Positions 8,455-18,805 of a stretch of 64,000 bases of DNA are shown one piece after another. The stretch lies in NCBI GenBank assembly GCA_003487265.1, contig DNEP01000013.1, positions 24,618 through 88,617 of the forward strand, given 5' to 3'. The notes under the pieces are model-generated. The model worked only from the letters and a program-made list of their open reading frames with translations. It searched no databases and was not told the DNA's origin. Positions within the stretch are counted from its first letter, which is position 1; the number at the start of each line of letters is the position of its first letter. The translations under genes were made by a program, and so were the position numbers. The stretch is from Minisyncoccota bacterium. GTDB taxonomy: Bacteria > Patescibacteriota > Microgenomatia > UBA1400 > UBA12028.

Positions 8455-10098
8455 ATGAAACTTGCTCTTTTTCTCATCTTCATTAGCGTTTTTTCATTCG
8501 CTCTGATTTTCTTTTTTGAGGATAAGCCCTATCTTTTTTCGACCGAACAAAAACAAATATCAATCCAAACCACAGTCGATCCCTCGCTCGAACAATCACA
8601 ACCGTCATATCTCATCATGAATTTTTCAACGATGAATGAGTTGAACTGGAACGCACCCGAATCGGAATGGCAATCGGAAATCAAACCAAAAGTTGTCAAT
8701 GAACTTCAAGATATGATCTCAAAACTTTCTCGTGGAAACACACAAACAAAACTCGGATGGAGCACCTTGAACGAGTACATGAACATTCCTGCGGATACTC
8801 CTTCAACAACCTCTGCGTATGTTGTGAAAATCAAACGAATTTTTGAAATTTCAGAAGAACTTGAGTTACCTGTTTTTATCCCACTCAATGGTTTTCAGTG
8901 GTGGGATGAACAACCCGAACTTTACAATTGGTGGGATAACGATGGGACAAAAACCCCCGCCTCGTTTTTCGCGCGTCAAGACAATCCCGAAGAGTTTAAA
9001 CAACGATTCATTGCTGGATATGATCCAAACAATAGAAAAAATGTTGACTGGAAAAGTTGGTCAGAACCAATGACATGGAACTATCGCAATTGGGGATCGG
9101 GTGAATTTATCCTCGCTCCGCCCCCAAATATTGCACGAGGATCTGCATATCGCAAAGTGCTTGAAGCACGATACAGCGCAATTATGGATCAAATGCGATT
9201 CTCTCTTTCTGAGCTTGAACAAAAAAACAAACAACATCTATTTCTGGGGTTTTCGATCGGAACCGAGTTAAGTTTGAATGCCTCAACAACTCCAAAAGAT
9301 GAATTTGAGCCGTATGGGTATCGAGCGTTATTAGATTCTGGGTTAAACTCGAATTCGAATCAGCAATCAATTCAAAACATGCGAACCGAAGTTTTGCACG
9401 AATACATAGAATCACTTGCGCGTATTTCTGCACGAAAAGGGTTCGATTCAAACTACATTCACGCGCATGTCTGGGGTGAAGAAGATCCAAAAAGTAAAAA
9501 ATACGCACCGTATGCACAAGCAGCTTGTTCCCCGTACGTCATTCCAAGTGTGAGCATATACGGAAACGAAAAAAATCCAATGAGCTCCAAACAGTGGAGT
9601 TCGGCATTGCAAACATGTAACACACCAAACTGGTCGATCGTGGAAACCTCGATTTCTGCAGATACTGCCACTCAGGAATTGAGCAATCTTTTTTCATCAA
9701 AAACTCCTCCAAGAATAATCGTTCTCTATAACTGGAGTGAGCATCAAGACCCATCGCAACAACAGGCAATTGCGAACTATGTACAAAAAAATCATATCGA
9801 AAAATGCCAACCACCTATTCTTATCAGCAGAAACGATTTTCTAACCCACAATCCCGACTCACTTTTCATTACCCTTCCTCCGTCAGCAACCTCAACAGCA
9901 ACCCTCACAATCTCAAAAGGATTTTCAACAAACGCGCCGATTCAAACGTATCCCCTCGCTCAAACAACCACCGTTTCGCTACCTCAGGGAATGTACTCCT
10001 GGTACATCACAGCGCCAACGTGCGATAATACACGAACATCGTGGTCGCAACCTCGACTGATTACCGTTCCTCTGACGTTTTCGAATCAGAGAAACTAA
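8455..10098 (+). CDS. Hypothetical Trp-rich exported/membrane-anchored protein
   Basis: ORF track 8422..10098, with start trimmed to MKLALFLIFISVFSFALIFFF (signal/anchor) after a GGTGAGA Shine-Dalgarno-like sequence. No recognisable catalytic motif. Confidence 0.4.
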   Translation: MKLALFLIFISVFSFALIFFFEDKPYLFSTEQKQISIQTTVDPSLEQSQPSYLIMNFSTMNELNWNAPESEWQSEIKPKVVNELQDMISKLSRGNTQTKLGWSTLNEYMNIPADTPSTTSAYVVKIKRIFEISEELELPVFIPLNGFQWWDEQPELYNWWDNDGTKTPASFFARQDNPEEFKQRFIAGYDPNNRKNVDWKSWSEPMTWNYRNWGSGEFILAPPPNIARGSAYRKVLEARYSAIMDQMRFSLSELEQKNKQHLFLGFSIGTELSLNASTTPKDEFEPYGYRALLDSGLNSNSNQQSIQNMRTEVLHEYIESLARISARKGFDSNYIHAHVWGEEDPKSKKYAPYAQAACSPYVIPSVSIYGNEKNPMSSKQWSSALQTCNTPNWSIVETSISADTATQELSNLFSSKTPPRIIVLYNWSEHQDPSQQQAIANYVQKNHIEKCQPPILISRNDFLTHNPDSLFITLPPSATSTATLTISKGFSTNAPIQTYPLAQTTTVSLPQGMYSWYITAPTCDNTRTSWSQPRLITVPLTFSNQRN

Positions 10099-10114
10099 TG
10101 TACAATACCTCTGC

Positions 10115-10185
10115 GCCTTCTTAGCTTAGTGGCAAAGCAGCGGTATCGTAAACCGCGGACGACAGTTCGATTCTGTCAGAAGGCT
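10115..10185 (+). tRNA. tRNA-Thr (anticodon CGT)
   Basis: Manual fold. Acceptor GCCTTCT/AGAAGGC, U8A9, D-stem GCTT/AAGC, anticodon stem GCGGT/ACCGC with loop ATCGTAA (anticodon CGT), 4-nt variable loop, T-arm GACAG-TTCGATT-CTGTC, discriminator T. CCA is not encoded. Confidence 0.75.
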
Positions 10186-10188
10186 CAT

Positions 10189-10905
10189 ATGACATCACAT
10201 TCTTATAGTCGAATCGAGCGAAAACGGTCAAAAAGGGCCATTTTTCAGTCATTTTTGCTGATTTTTGGCGCATTGGTTTTCCTGTTTATATTTGTTGTGT
10301 TTCTTATTCCGCAAGTTATCCGCATCTATGATGCGATGACATCTTCAACAGTCTCGTTTGATGACAAAGATACCATTCCACCACAACTTCCCGTCCTCGA
10401 TCCTCCACTTCCCGAAGCAACGTTTAGCGGACAACTCGTGTTGAAAGGATACACCGAACAAGATGTCAAGGTCGCTTTGGTTATTGACGGTGAGTTACTG
10501 CAAGAAGTTCAAACCTCTCCCGACGGGTTTTTTTTGTTTGATGAGCTCGATCTTTCTCAAGGAGAATACACTATTCAAATCACCGCAGAAGACGCAAATA
10601 AGAATGTTTCAAAAACATTTGAACAGCATTTCACCATCGATACCGAAACACCAAAACTCGAAGTACTCACACCCACCGACGGAACTACCATCACACGCCG
10701 ACGTGATCAAACAATCCCCATCGAGGTTCAAACAGAGGCCTCGGCAACCGTAACGGTGAATGGACGTCAAATATTTGTCGACATCACAGGAAAAGCGACT
10801 GGGTCATACTCACTCGTCGAGGGAGAAAACCTTCTTGTTATTGAATCAAAAGATGTCGCCGGTAATATCACAAAACAAGAACTCAAGGTCCAGTTCAGTC
10901 CGTAA
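10189..10905 (+). CDS. Hypothetical membrane-anchored protein with beta-rich (Ig-like) extracellular region
   Basis: ORF track 10129..10905, trimmed because its 5' part overlaps the tRNA. Start MTSHSYS is preceded by AGAAGG. One TM segment (FLLIFGALVFLFIFVVFLI), then a Thr/Val-rich beta-type sequence. Confidence 0.4.
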   Translation: MTSHSYSRIERKRSKRAIFQSFLLIFGALVFLFIFVVFLIPQVIRIYDAMTSSTVSFDDKDTIPPQLPVLDPPLPEATFSGQLVLKGYTEQDVKVALVIDGELLQEVQTSPDGFFLFDELDLSQGEYTIQITAEDANKNVSKTFEQHFTIDTETPKLEVLTPTDGTTITRRRDQTIPIEVQTEASATVTVNGRQIFVDITGKATGSYSLVEGENLLVIESKDVAGNITKQELKVQFSP

Positions 10906-12028
10906 GCTGTATTGAGTTACTCATCGCCTGCAAACTCATCAGAAAAAACAGCCCTATCGAAGTGAAAAAGATTGCGTTCATTTGACTCGCAATACACAAA
11001 AAAAGAATTGCTCCAAACACCTCTGGATGTTTGAATGAATCGCGCAACAACTGAACAAGCGCGTATCCAAACACAAGAATCCCAATCGCCCCCGTAAACT
11101 CAAAGACTTGTACAAACACATTATCTGGTGCTGTCGCGTGCGAAATTGTTTGGTTTTCGCTCAACTGAAGCGTTCGACGTAAATACCATCCTTTTCCGAA
11201 AATCGCTGTTTTCCATGTGATACTTTGAAATGAACTCAAAAAGATCGTTGTTCTCGCATTCACACTCACGGTTCGCTCAAGTAATGTTCCCTCACTTGCT
11301 CTGCGAGGTAAAAACGGAATCGCGACAATAAACAACAAAAGTGTAATCAGACCATAAGATAATAGTTTTTTCCGATACACAAGTACAAGAGTAAATATTG
11401 TTACAAAAAATGCAACATATGAACTTCGTGAGTATGTTAACAGTAATAGACCAACGTGAGCTAGGGTAAGAATCAACGAACCTGCATTTTTTTTCTGCAA
11501 CAGAAAGATTGCACCAACACCCGCGATTAGCGCGGTAAACGGTGGATCCAGAACGGTAGAGATTGCTCGAAAATAGTGATCGTCATATCCTTCGGCAAAA
11601 AATGAGCGCAAATCGGGAACAAAAAGATATTGAATAAAACCCACAAAAACAATTCCTGTTGTGTACAACAAAAGGGCGCGAAGGATATCTTTTCCAGCTA
11701 TTTTTCCGTTTCGAACAGCAACGGCAAGAATGCTGCCAAAAAAAGCGTAAAGGAGTGCTCGAAACATATACACAAATGAAAGAATCGTTCGATCTATAGA
11801 AACTTCCGCATGATTCACCACAACACTCAGTACCATAACAAAGAAAAACATTTTCCAAGAGTTTGGAATGGAAATGAAAATTGTTTTTCCCCATGTTCGC
11901 AACCCCTGAATCACGAAAATCAACACCCCGCAGTCAAGAAAACTCACGCGGAGTCCAGAAAGAGGAGAGAATAAGAACAACTGTCCAAAAATACCAAGAA
12001 ATGCGATTGTATATAGAAGTGAGTTCAT
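10895..12028 (-). CDS. O-antigen ligase/polymerase-like (Wzy_C) polytopic membrane protein
   Basis: ORF track 10895..12097, trimmed to MNSLLYT (ATGA overlap with the upstream gene's stop). About 10 TM segments, with the Wzy_C hallmark LTYSRSSYVAFF. Confidence 0.6.
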   Translation of the reverse strand: MNSLLYTIAFLGIFGQLFLFSPLSGLRVSFLDCGVLIFVIQGLRTWGKTIFISIPNSWKMFFFVMVLSVVVNHAEVSIDRTILSFVYMFRALLYAFFGSILAVAVRNGKIAGKDILRALLLYTTGIVFVGFIQYLFVPDLRSFFAEGYDDHYFRAISTVLDPPFTALIAGVGAIFLLQKKNAGSLILTLAHVGLLLLTYSRSSYVAFFVTIFTLVLVYRKKLLSYGLITLLLFIVAIPFLPRRASEGTLLERTVSVNARTTIFLSSFQSITWKTAIFGKGWYLRRTLQLSENQTISHATAPDNVFVQVFEFTGAIGILVFGYALVQLLRDSFKHPEVFGAILFLCIASQMNAIFFTSIGLFFLMSLQAMSNSIQLTD

Positions 12029-13800
12029 GAATCGTGCGTCTCCCATTGCTTTATCCGAACAATCAAACTCGACAGCGACATCATATATGCCATGCACAAT
12101 CCGCGATAGCCATCAAAAATGCCACGAAGAATAATGTAGTTCCACAAGAATTTTCCAACTGGAAAAGTGAGAAGTTGTAACCAAAGCATAATGTGCGAAC
12201 CTTTTTCTCTTTCCATCGCATCAATTGATGTGTATCGGTTGAGCTTTTGAAAAAACATGGAGATTGAAGCATGTGGATGATGAAGCAAGTACGCAGAACG
12301 GAGATGAATTATTGGCAGTTTTGAGTTCCAAACCTCGTGTACTGCATTTTTCCATGTCCCTTGGGTTTTTTTCATGAGTCGAGGGAACCACAGATTGGCC
12401 GTCTCTCCATGTTTCAGCACTTGATTGAAAAGAAAATCGTGGCGACGGAACGCGTACTGAGCTGGACAATGAAACAACTCGACAATGCCACAAAACTCTT
12501 CATCGCTATCAAGAAAAAGCACCCAATCATTTGACGCCTTTTGCATACCGAGTTCTCGAATTGCATGAAAGCGATTGCGGTACGAATCGGCGTATGTCAC
12601 AAATCGAACGCCCTTTTTCGACTGAAAAACTGCTGATGTATAATAAATCATCACGATTTCATCTGCCCAAGCAACCGACGCGATTGCTTTTTGCAGCAAT
12701 TCATCATCTCTATGCGCCAAAATCACAACCGAAACTTTTGGTTGTACGAGCATTTTTCTACAACGTATGCGTTGAAAAATGAATTTCCAGATATCAACAG
12801 TGCACAAGACAAAACCGAAGGGCAAAATCACTGTCAACGGAACAAGATACGCTTCGGATGGATATCCATGGACAAGCGTTCCCAAAATAACGAATAGCAT
12901 TGCGATCCACAGCGGTCTTCCAAGCAGTGTTCTTCGTTGAACGGCCACGCTGTACATAGAAAAAATGACCAACATTGTAGAAATGAAAAAGGGAAACGGA
13001 AAAAACTCAGCATACATACCAATTATTTTTTGCAAAGAAAGAAAAGGAGTAAGAATCGACTGCGCGTGTTCAGAAAACATTCCTAGTGGTGCGACCATGC
13101 GATATATTGCCCAAACTGCAAGTCCACACGTCTGAAAACAAAAATGAGAGAGATCATACAACACCCAAGGAAAAATTCCCAAACCAACACCCAAAAAATA
13201 TCCTAGCATTGATTTTTTTCGAAAAGAACTCATCCACACAATAGGTAACAGAATAAAGAGCGGGATATGTGCAATTTCTGTCATGAGCAACAATCCATAC
13301 AGCACACCACCAAAAAACCACCCGCGAATTGTCCGTTTTGCAAAAAGAAGATGACGTACCAAGAGTAGGAAAAACAACGGAATAAGATGAAGATAAAACG
13401 GAGAGCGATCATACCGAATACTTAACGGAGAGATCGCATACAGGATTGTCGCGAATGTCGCAATCCACATCCCATTCGTTTTCCTGATACTATCAAACAA
13501 AACCCACGCGGTAACTCCAAACACAATCATCGACAGAAGTACCAACGAATCATACGATTCTCCAAAAAGCCGAATCGCCGACATCACAAAAAGAATGTTG
13601 CTTGGACCTTGATGAAAACGCGGGACACTTGACGCAATACCAATCAACGGCAACTGTCTGCGCTGAATCATTTCTTGTGCAACAGTAAAATCGATACGCT
13701 GATCTGGCAAGATTGGAAATGAGAACTCGCGCAGACGCAAATACAAACCAAGAAACACAATACTTCCAATAATAAAACCGTTCATCACCGTTCGCTTCAT
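12025..13800 (-). CDS. Fusion glycosyltransferase: N-terminal polytopic membrane domain (GT-C/ArnT-PMT-like, tentative) plus C-terminal GT2 (GT-A) domain
   Basis: ORF track 12025..13827, trimmed to MKRTVMNG. The N-terminal ~330 aa is hydrophobic and multi-TM. The C-terminus VSVVILAHRDDELLQKAIASVAWADEIVMIYY...WVLFLDSDEEF is a GT2 fold with a DxD-like DSD. Confidence 0.6.
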   Translation of the reverse strand: MKRTVMNGFIIGSIVFLGLYLRLREFSFPILPDQRIDFTVAQEMIQRRQLPLIGIASSVPRFHQGPSNILFVMSAIRLFGESYDSLVLLSMIVFGVTAWVLFDSIRKTNGMWIATFATILYAISPLSIRYDRSPFYLHLIPLFFLLLVRHLLFAKRTIRGWFFGGVLYGLLLMTEIAHIPLFILLPIVWMSSFRKKSMLGYFLGVGLGIFPWVLYDLSHFCFQTCGLAVWAIYRMVAPLGMFSEHAQSILTPFLSLQKIIGMYAEFFPFPFFISTMLVIFSMYSVAVQRRTLLGRPLWIAMLFVILGTLVHGYPSEAYLVPLTVILPFGFVLCTVDIWKFIFQRIRCRKMLVQPKVSVVILAHRDDELLQKAIASVAWADEIVMIYYTSAVFQSKKGVRFVTYADSYRNRFHAIRELGMQKASNDWVLFLDSDEEFCGIVELFHCPAQYAFRRHDFLFNQVLKHGETANLWFPRLMKKTQGTWKNAVHEVWNSKLPIIHLRSAYLLHHPHASISMFFQKLNRYTSIDAMEREKGSHIMLWLQLLTFPVGKFLWNYIILRGIFDGYRGLCMAYMMSLSSLIVRIKQWETHDS

Positions 13801-15023
13801 ATGTGTGATTTCGATCGTAAAATCCAATACGCATACACCGGCTGAACAACAATTCTAGAGAGAAGAATCGCCCAAGATGCGCCCAAAATACCAAGCGAGG
13901 TGATCAACGGATAAATACAAATTCCCAACATGACTAATTGAATAAAACTAATCACCGTGTATTTCTGTGGATGATGTTCAATATAAAAAAGTGGAAATGT
14001 AATATTGTTGATCCCTTGCAATGCGAGAGCAATCGTTAACACAGGAAGTATTCCCGCGACCGCCCGCCAATCTTCACCAAATAGCGCTGTCACCCCCCAA
14101 GAACCATACAGTGTGACCGCAATATAGACGAGCAAAAAAAATAATATCAACACACTGAGATTGATAATATATGATCTCCAGACATAGTTCGAGGTGTTTT
14201 TGTGTTTTGTCTGAATAGGAAACATTGCCCCACCAACAACCTCACCTACATCCGCAGTTGAAGATTGTGCGATGTTGTACCCCATTTGATATATCCCTAG
14301 CGCCGAGGTTCCCAGCATCTTTCCAACAAAAAGATCATCGATGTTATTACTCAAGTACCCAAAAATCCCACTTAGATTAAACCATTTTGCAAACTGAAAT
14401 ATCTCACGAGCCACCGAGGCGCTCCATCGCAACCGAGGAGGTTGTTTTGAAATCACATGCGACACAATCATCTCAATTACAGTCATGACGAACATTCCCA
14501 ACAGTAATCCAAAAACCGAGTGAAGAAGATACACAAAGAGAATCATGGAAAGATTTTCGATAACCGAAAGCGCGAGTCGAAGTTGAGAATAGGTTCTAAA
14601 ATGAAGCTCTTTTTGCAACACGACAATTGAAGGATGGATACATCCACGTATGACAGGAATGCTTGCCGCAAAAAAGATGAGCCACACCAGCGATTCCTGA
14701 TGAAATACGACCGATAATGGATACGCAAGAATCGCCATACAAAGAGAAATACCAAACCCGCGCAAAAGCGAAATAATCCACGCTGTATCGATGTATTTTG
14801 CGAGAGGTTTCTCGGATCGAATAAGAAAAATATTAATTCCTGTTTCGGAAAAAACTTCGGTGAGCGCCAGAACAAGAGTGACAATTCCGAAAATACCTAA
14901 ATCAGATGGAGAGAGAATTTTTGCAACAAGAATCACGCGCATCAGCGCAAGTGCTTTTGCCACAATCTTCACAAACCCGAAGGCACCAATCCCTTTTACT
15001 GCATGAACGGTTGAGGTTTGCAT
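13797..15023 (-). CDS. Polysaccharide/oligosaccharide flippase (Wzx; MOP superfamily)
   Basis: ORF track, 408 aa, ~12 TM. N-terminus AVKGIGAFGFVKIVAKALALMRVILVAKILSPSDLGIFGIVTLVLAL is typical of Polysacc_synt/Wzx. Confidence 0.65.
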   Translation of the reverse strand: MQTSTVHAVKGIGAFGFVKIVAKALALMRVILVAKILSPSDLGIFGIVTLVLALTEVFSETGINIFLIRSEKPLAKYIDTAWIISLLRGFGISLCMAILAYPLSVVFHQESLVWLIFFAASIPVIRGCIHPSIVVLQKELHFRTYSQLRLALSVIENLSMILFVYLLHSVFGLLLGMFVMTVIEMIVSHVISKQPPRLRWSASVAREIFQFAKWFNLSGIFGYLSNNIDDLFVGKMLGTSALGIYQMGYNIAQSSTADVGEVVGGAMFPIQTKHKNTSNYVWRSYIINLSVLILFFLLVYIAVTLYGSWGVTALFGEDWRAVAGILPVLTIALALQGINNITFPLFYIEHHPQKYTVISFIQLVMLGICIYPLITSLGILGASWAILLSRIVVQPVYAYWILRSKSHI

Positions 15024-15033
15024 ATCTTGATCA

Positions 15034-15972
15034 CTATATCACTCGACGATCCCAGATTCTACGAACACTCCCAAGACAAGTTGCAAAAAGCACTCCGAGA
15101 TCCGTAACCCATTGCATACACAACAACATCATAAGATCAACCAACGAATGAACAATGGATTTGTGTCGCAGATAGGTGTAGAAAAAATACATCAACAATA
15201 ACGGCAACACATAAACACCTTTCCAAAAAAACAAACACATGAGAATCAGCACTCCAAACGATTTTACGATCGTTTGTGTTCGCACCACTCCCAACTGCGC
15301 GTCCATATACGCGAATGTGAAGAGCTGTTTAAAAAAACGTCGAAGAGAGGACGGTGGAAACCAATCAACTATGGCAAGAGGCGCAAAAGCAATTGGCATT
15401 GATAGCGGTATGCGTCTGGAAAAAGCATAATCCTCACTTGTGTTTGCAGACTCATCAAACATTCCAAGTTGAAGAAAAACGGAACGTTCTATGAGCATTG
15501 AGCGTGTTGCGGGAAGAAAACGGTCGGGATGGTGTTTCCTAGTAAATGCCGAAAGATTATCTGGGGACACAAGCATAAAACGTGACGCGATGGGATGCCA
15601 AGTTTTTGTGTGAATGGCAGAATAATATCCCGCAACGATCCTCGTTTTTTCTCGATGTGATGCGCCGAGCAATTTTTCAAGCCAGTTTTTTCTTGGAACA
15701 CACCCCGCATCGGTGAACGCAATCCACGTTGTCCGCGCCTTTTTCACACCCGCGTTTCGCCCAATCGAACGATTGCCTTTTTGTTGAAGAACGGTAAGCG
15801 AAAAAGATCTTGGATAGAAGGCGTTGAGTATCTTTACCGTATTATCGGTTGATCCTCCATCAACAATTACAACTTGAAACGAAGAACAAGTTTGCGCGTC
15901 TAACCCATCCAATAGCGCCGAAATGGATTTTTCCTCATTTAGCACAGTAACAACGACCGTTATGTCTTCCAT
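15034..15972 (-). CDS. Family 2 glycosyltransferase with C-terminal TM segments
   Basis: ITVVVTVLNEEKSISALLDGLDAQTCSSFQVVIVDGGSTDNT is a GT2 signature, with DAG present. Confidence 0.7.
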   Translation of the reverse strand: MEDITVVVTVLNEEKSISALLDGLDAQTCSSFQVVIVDGGSTDNTVKILNAFYPRSFSLTVLQQKGNRSIGRNAGVKKARTTWIAFTDAGCVPRKNWLEKLLGASHREKTRIVAGYYSAIHTKTWHPIASRFMLVSPDNLSAFTRKHHPDRFLPATRSMLIERSVFLQLGMFDESANTSEDYAFSRRIPLSMPIAFAPLAIVDWFPPSSLRRFFKQLFTFAYMDAQLGVVRTQTIVKSFGVLILMCLFFWKGVYVLPLLLMYFFYTYLRHKSIVHSLVDLMMLLCMQWVTDLGVLFATCLGSVRRIWDRRVI

Positions 15973-17003
15973 AGTTCCTCGTACATATCAGCCATATTTC
16001 CCCATGTTTGCCGAATAGCCCATCGTTGAGCCGTTTGAATGTCTTCTTTCTCTTTTTTAGAATTTTTGAGCAGATGAGTGAGTTTTTTAGCAAACTCTGC
16101 GGGTGTCGAAAAAGTTTCTATTGTCGAAAATTGTGGAAAAGAAGAGAGATAGTCTTTCTTAATTTCGTTGTTCCAATGTGCAAAAACTTTTCTCCCAATT
16201 TGCATTGCTTCAATCATTCCAAGATATCTTGAAACACACGCGAATCTGTGCGACCGAAGCACTGTTTTAACATCTGAAGTAAGACCGCGGTACTGAATAA
16301 AAGGCGTTAACTCAATCATTTTTTTGACACGTCGTGTGAGCTCCCCCTCACCATAAATATCCAGTGTGAGTTCTCCTGAAAGTAATTGAATCCCTTGGAT
16401 GTATTGAATAATTCCAACATCTTCAGACAAACGACCAATATATACTGCCGAGTTGTTTTTTGGAACTGGTGACGGAGACTCATTCCCTGCACCGTACATG
16501 ACAGATTCTGGATTCGCGCCGTACCATTTTTTCATCCATACCCCAACGCAGATCGTTCCCCACGAAAACCACTCCGCAAGCTTTCTCGAGCGAATCGCTT
16601 TCTTTGAAGGTAGCGCCGATCCTTCATATCCATGAAATGTGGTGTACACCTTTTTCCAAGGAAGGAAAAAGCGCATGATGAAATACCACCAATACACATC
16701 ATGTGCGTGAACAATATCTGCTGAGAGAAATACTGGAACGTACCGAAACATCTGCATCCAAACCTGAAATTTGTTTAATGGATCGCAAGAAAAACGGTGG
16801 ATTTGAATTCCTTTATATGTTTCATTTCGCTCACCTTTTGCAGATTGAGTCACAATATGAACCTGATATCCGCGATCTATCAGTTCTTGTGAAAGATAAA
16901 GCACGTGCTTTTCAACTCCTCCGATATGAGGATAAAAAGACGGAGTGAGAAAAAGAATAATTTTGTTCATTAATTGAGTTGATTGTAAGCCAATTGTAAA
17001 CAA
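15960..17003 (-). CDS. Family 4 (GT-B) glycosyltransferase
   Basis: N-terminus LTPSFYPHIGGVEKHVLYLSQELIDRGYQVHIVT is a Glyco_trans_4-like motif. Confidence 0.7.
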   Translation of the reverse strand: MFTIGLQSTQLMNKIILFLTPSFYPHIGGVEKHVLYLSQELIDRGYQVHIVTQSAKGERNETYKGIQIHRFSCDPLNKFQVWMQMFRYVPVFLSADIVHAHDVYWWYFIMRFFLPWKKVYTTFHGYEGSALPSKKAIRSRKLAEWFSWGTICVGVWMKKWYGANPESVMYGAGNESPSPVPKNNSAVYIGRLSEDVGIIQYIQGIQLLSGELTLDIYGEGELTRRVKKMIELTPFIQYRGLTSDVKTVLRSHRFACVSRYLGMIEAMQIGRKVFAHWNNEIKKDYLSSFPQFSTIETFSTPAEFAKKLTHLLKNSKKEKEDIQTAQRWAIRQTWGNMADMYEELWKT

Positions 17004-17004
17004 G

Positions 17005-18798
17005 ATGGTACATCATACCGATATGAAGTTCATATGTACATTTCTATTTTGTTTTTTTGTTTGGATATTTTCTGCACACCCAGTGTTTGCGTATGATTTT
17101 TTTGATGACTTCAACAGTGGACTCAACCCACAGGACTGGGTTGTTGTTCGAAACTGGCATTGGTTAAATCGCAACGCACCGTGCACGTATATGGGACTTC
17201 CAACAACTTGGCATACAACTGCTGGAGAACTTGAAATGCAGATAAGCACAGGATCCTGCACATCCGAACTTTTATTAAACAAAGAGCGTTTTCAGTTATC
17301 CGATTCATATATTTGGGAGTTTGACATGACGTTCGTTGGTAGTTTAAATCAAGATCGAAACTATCTTCTTTTTTGGAAAGATGAAGAGAACTGGTACGAT
17401 CTAAAGTTTTTGGGGAACACCATTTTCCTTCAGCGAGTTGTTGAAAATCATCACAGCTCTCTCCCTTCTGGATCTACAACGTATCCGTTCCAACCAGATG
17501 GAAAATATCATTTCCGAAATGAATGGAACGGAACAACAGGAGAACTTCGTGTGTACATTGATGATCAACTGGTCATTTCAACCATTGAAGAAAATCCTGA
17601 AATCACCGATGTACAAGTTGGATTTCAAGCATCAACAGGCGCGATAACATTCTCGCATGTCAAGTTTGACAACGCCCACCTTCATCTCACTTCCGCACTC
17701 GCGCCACTCGATATTCCATATTACTCACAACGAGACCCCAACTGGAGTGACGAGGAATACGACAGCGCATCCGATTGGGCAGAGCATGAGACAACAATTG
17801 AAGCTTGGGGATGCGCGCTAACATCTGCTGCGATGATTTTGCAATATCACGAGATTGATGAACTCCCCGATGGAACAGAAATAACCCCCTCAAGTCTTAA
17901 CACGTGGCTTATTGCACAGCCAGATGGATATGTACAAAGTGGAAATGTGAACTGGCTGGCCATCACACGACTTTCCGCACTCTATCATGAAGATCATCCG
18001 ACCGTCCCAACGCTCGAGTTTTCACGAGACTCATTTTCGAAGGAAACGGTTGAAACAAACATTCAAAATCAAGACCCCCTCATCGGTCAAACAGGTGGAC
18101 ATTTTGTTGTCATTCGAGGAACCACACCCGAGCACGAACTCATTCATGATCCCTTTGATGCTGCGAATGAAAATTCTGAAGATTTAACAACTCCCATTAC
18201 GTCGTTGCGCATTTTTACTCCATCGTTCACCGACCTAAGCGGTATTCTCATTACCGCAGACGCAACCGTTCAAGGATCGTTTATCAATACCTCTGAAAAT
18301 CAACACAACAACGTTGAACTGCTTCAAAATGATCTCTCTGGTGAAATCACTGAATCATTTTCTTCGTTTGTATTAAAGCCTGAAGAGTCGCAGTATTCAT
18401 ATCAACTTCAAGCGGAAACGGATGGGATATATGAAATTGTGGTATATGCCTACACATCTACAGGATCTGTACAGGTACTGAAAAAAGATATCGTCCTTCA
18501 GAATGGAGTTGCAACAATCACAATCAACTACGAAAAAAATGGTATTTCATCAGTTGCTCAACTTGAAACTCTTTCATTGCCTGAACTTTTTTCGTTTTTG
18601 TATCAGATTGATGAACTACACGCCTCGGATGCCTTCGACTTTCTTTTTCGATTCTCCTCTCTTGTTTCAGAAGAACTCGAAAGTGAAACGCGTGCGCGAT
18701 ACCTCAATGCCCTCCAATCATATCTTGAGCAATTCACACATGAATTTTCTGAGCGGGGGAAAAGGATGGTCGAAGAAAAAATCGAGGGCATGAGATAA
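17005..18798 (+). CDS. Secreted protein with N-terminal concanavalin/LamG-like region and a peptidase C39-like (papain-fold) domain
   Basis: Signal peptide MKFICTFLFCFFVWIFSAHPVFA. The segment IPYYSQRDPNWSDEEYDSASDWAEHETTIEAWGCALTSAAMILQY matches the YYSQ...GC(G/A)xTSxAMxL core of C39-like/BtrH-type peptidase domains. Confidence 0.5.
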   Translation: MVHHTDMKFICTFLFCFFVWIFSAHPVFAYDFFDDFNSGLNPQDWVVVRNWHWLNRNAPCTYMGLPTTWHTTAGELEMQISTGSCTSELLLNKERFQLSDSYIWEFDMTFVGSLNQDRNYLLFWKDEENWYDLKFLGNTIFLQRVVENHHSSLPSGSTTYPFQPDGKYHFRNEWNGTTGELRVYIDDQLVISTIEENPEITDVQVGFQASTGAITFSHVKFDNAHLHLTSALAPLDIPYYSQRDPNWSDEEYDSASDWAEHETTIEAWGCALTSAAMILQYHEIDELPDGTEITPSSLNTWLIAQPDGYVQSGNVNWLAITRLSALYHEDHPTVPTLEFSRDSFSKETVETNIQNQDPLIGQTGGHFVVIRGTTPEHELIHDPFDAANENSEDLTTPITSLRIFTPSFTDLSGILITADATVQGSFINTSENQHNNVELLQNDLSGEITESFSSFVLKPEESQYSYQLQAETDGIYEIVVYAYTSTGSVQVLKKDIVLQNGVATITINYEKNGISSVAQLETLSLPELFSFLYQIDELHASDAFDFLFRFSSLVSEELESETRARYLNALQSYLEQFTHEFSERGKRMVEEKIEGMR

Positions 18799-18805
18799 TA
18801 CGCCA

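Noticed and set aside
10129-10188. 5' part of ORF 10129..10905
   Set aside because: It overlaps the tRNA-Thr gene (10115-10185), so the CDS was trimmed to ATG 10189, which has an AGAAGG Shine-Dalgarno.
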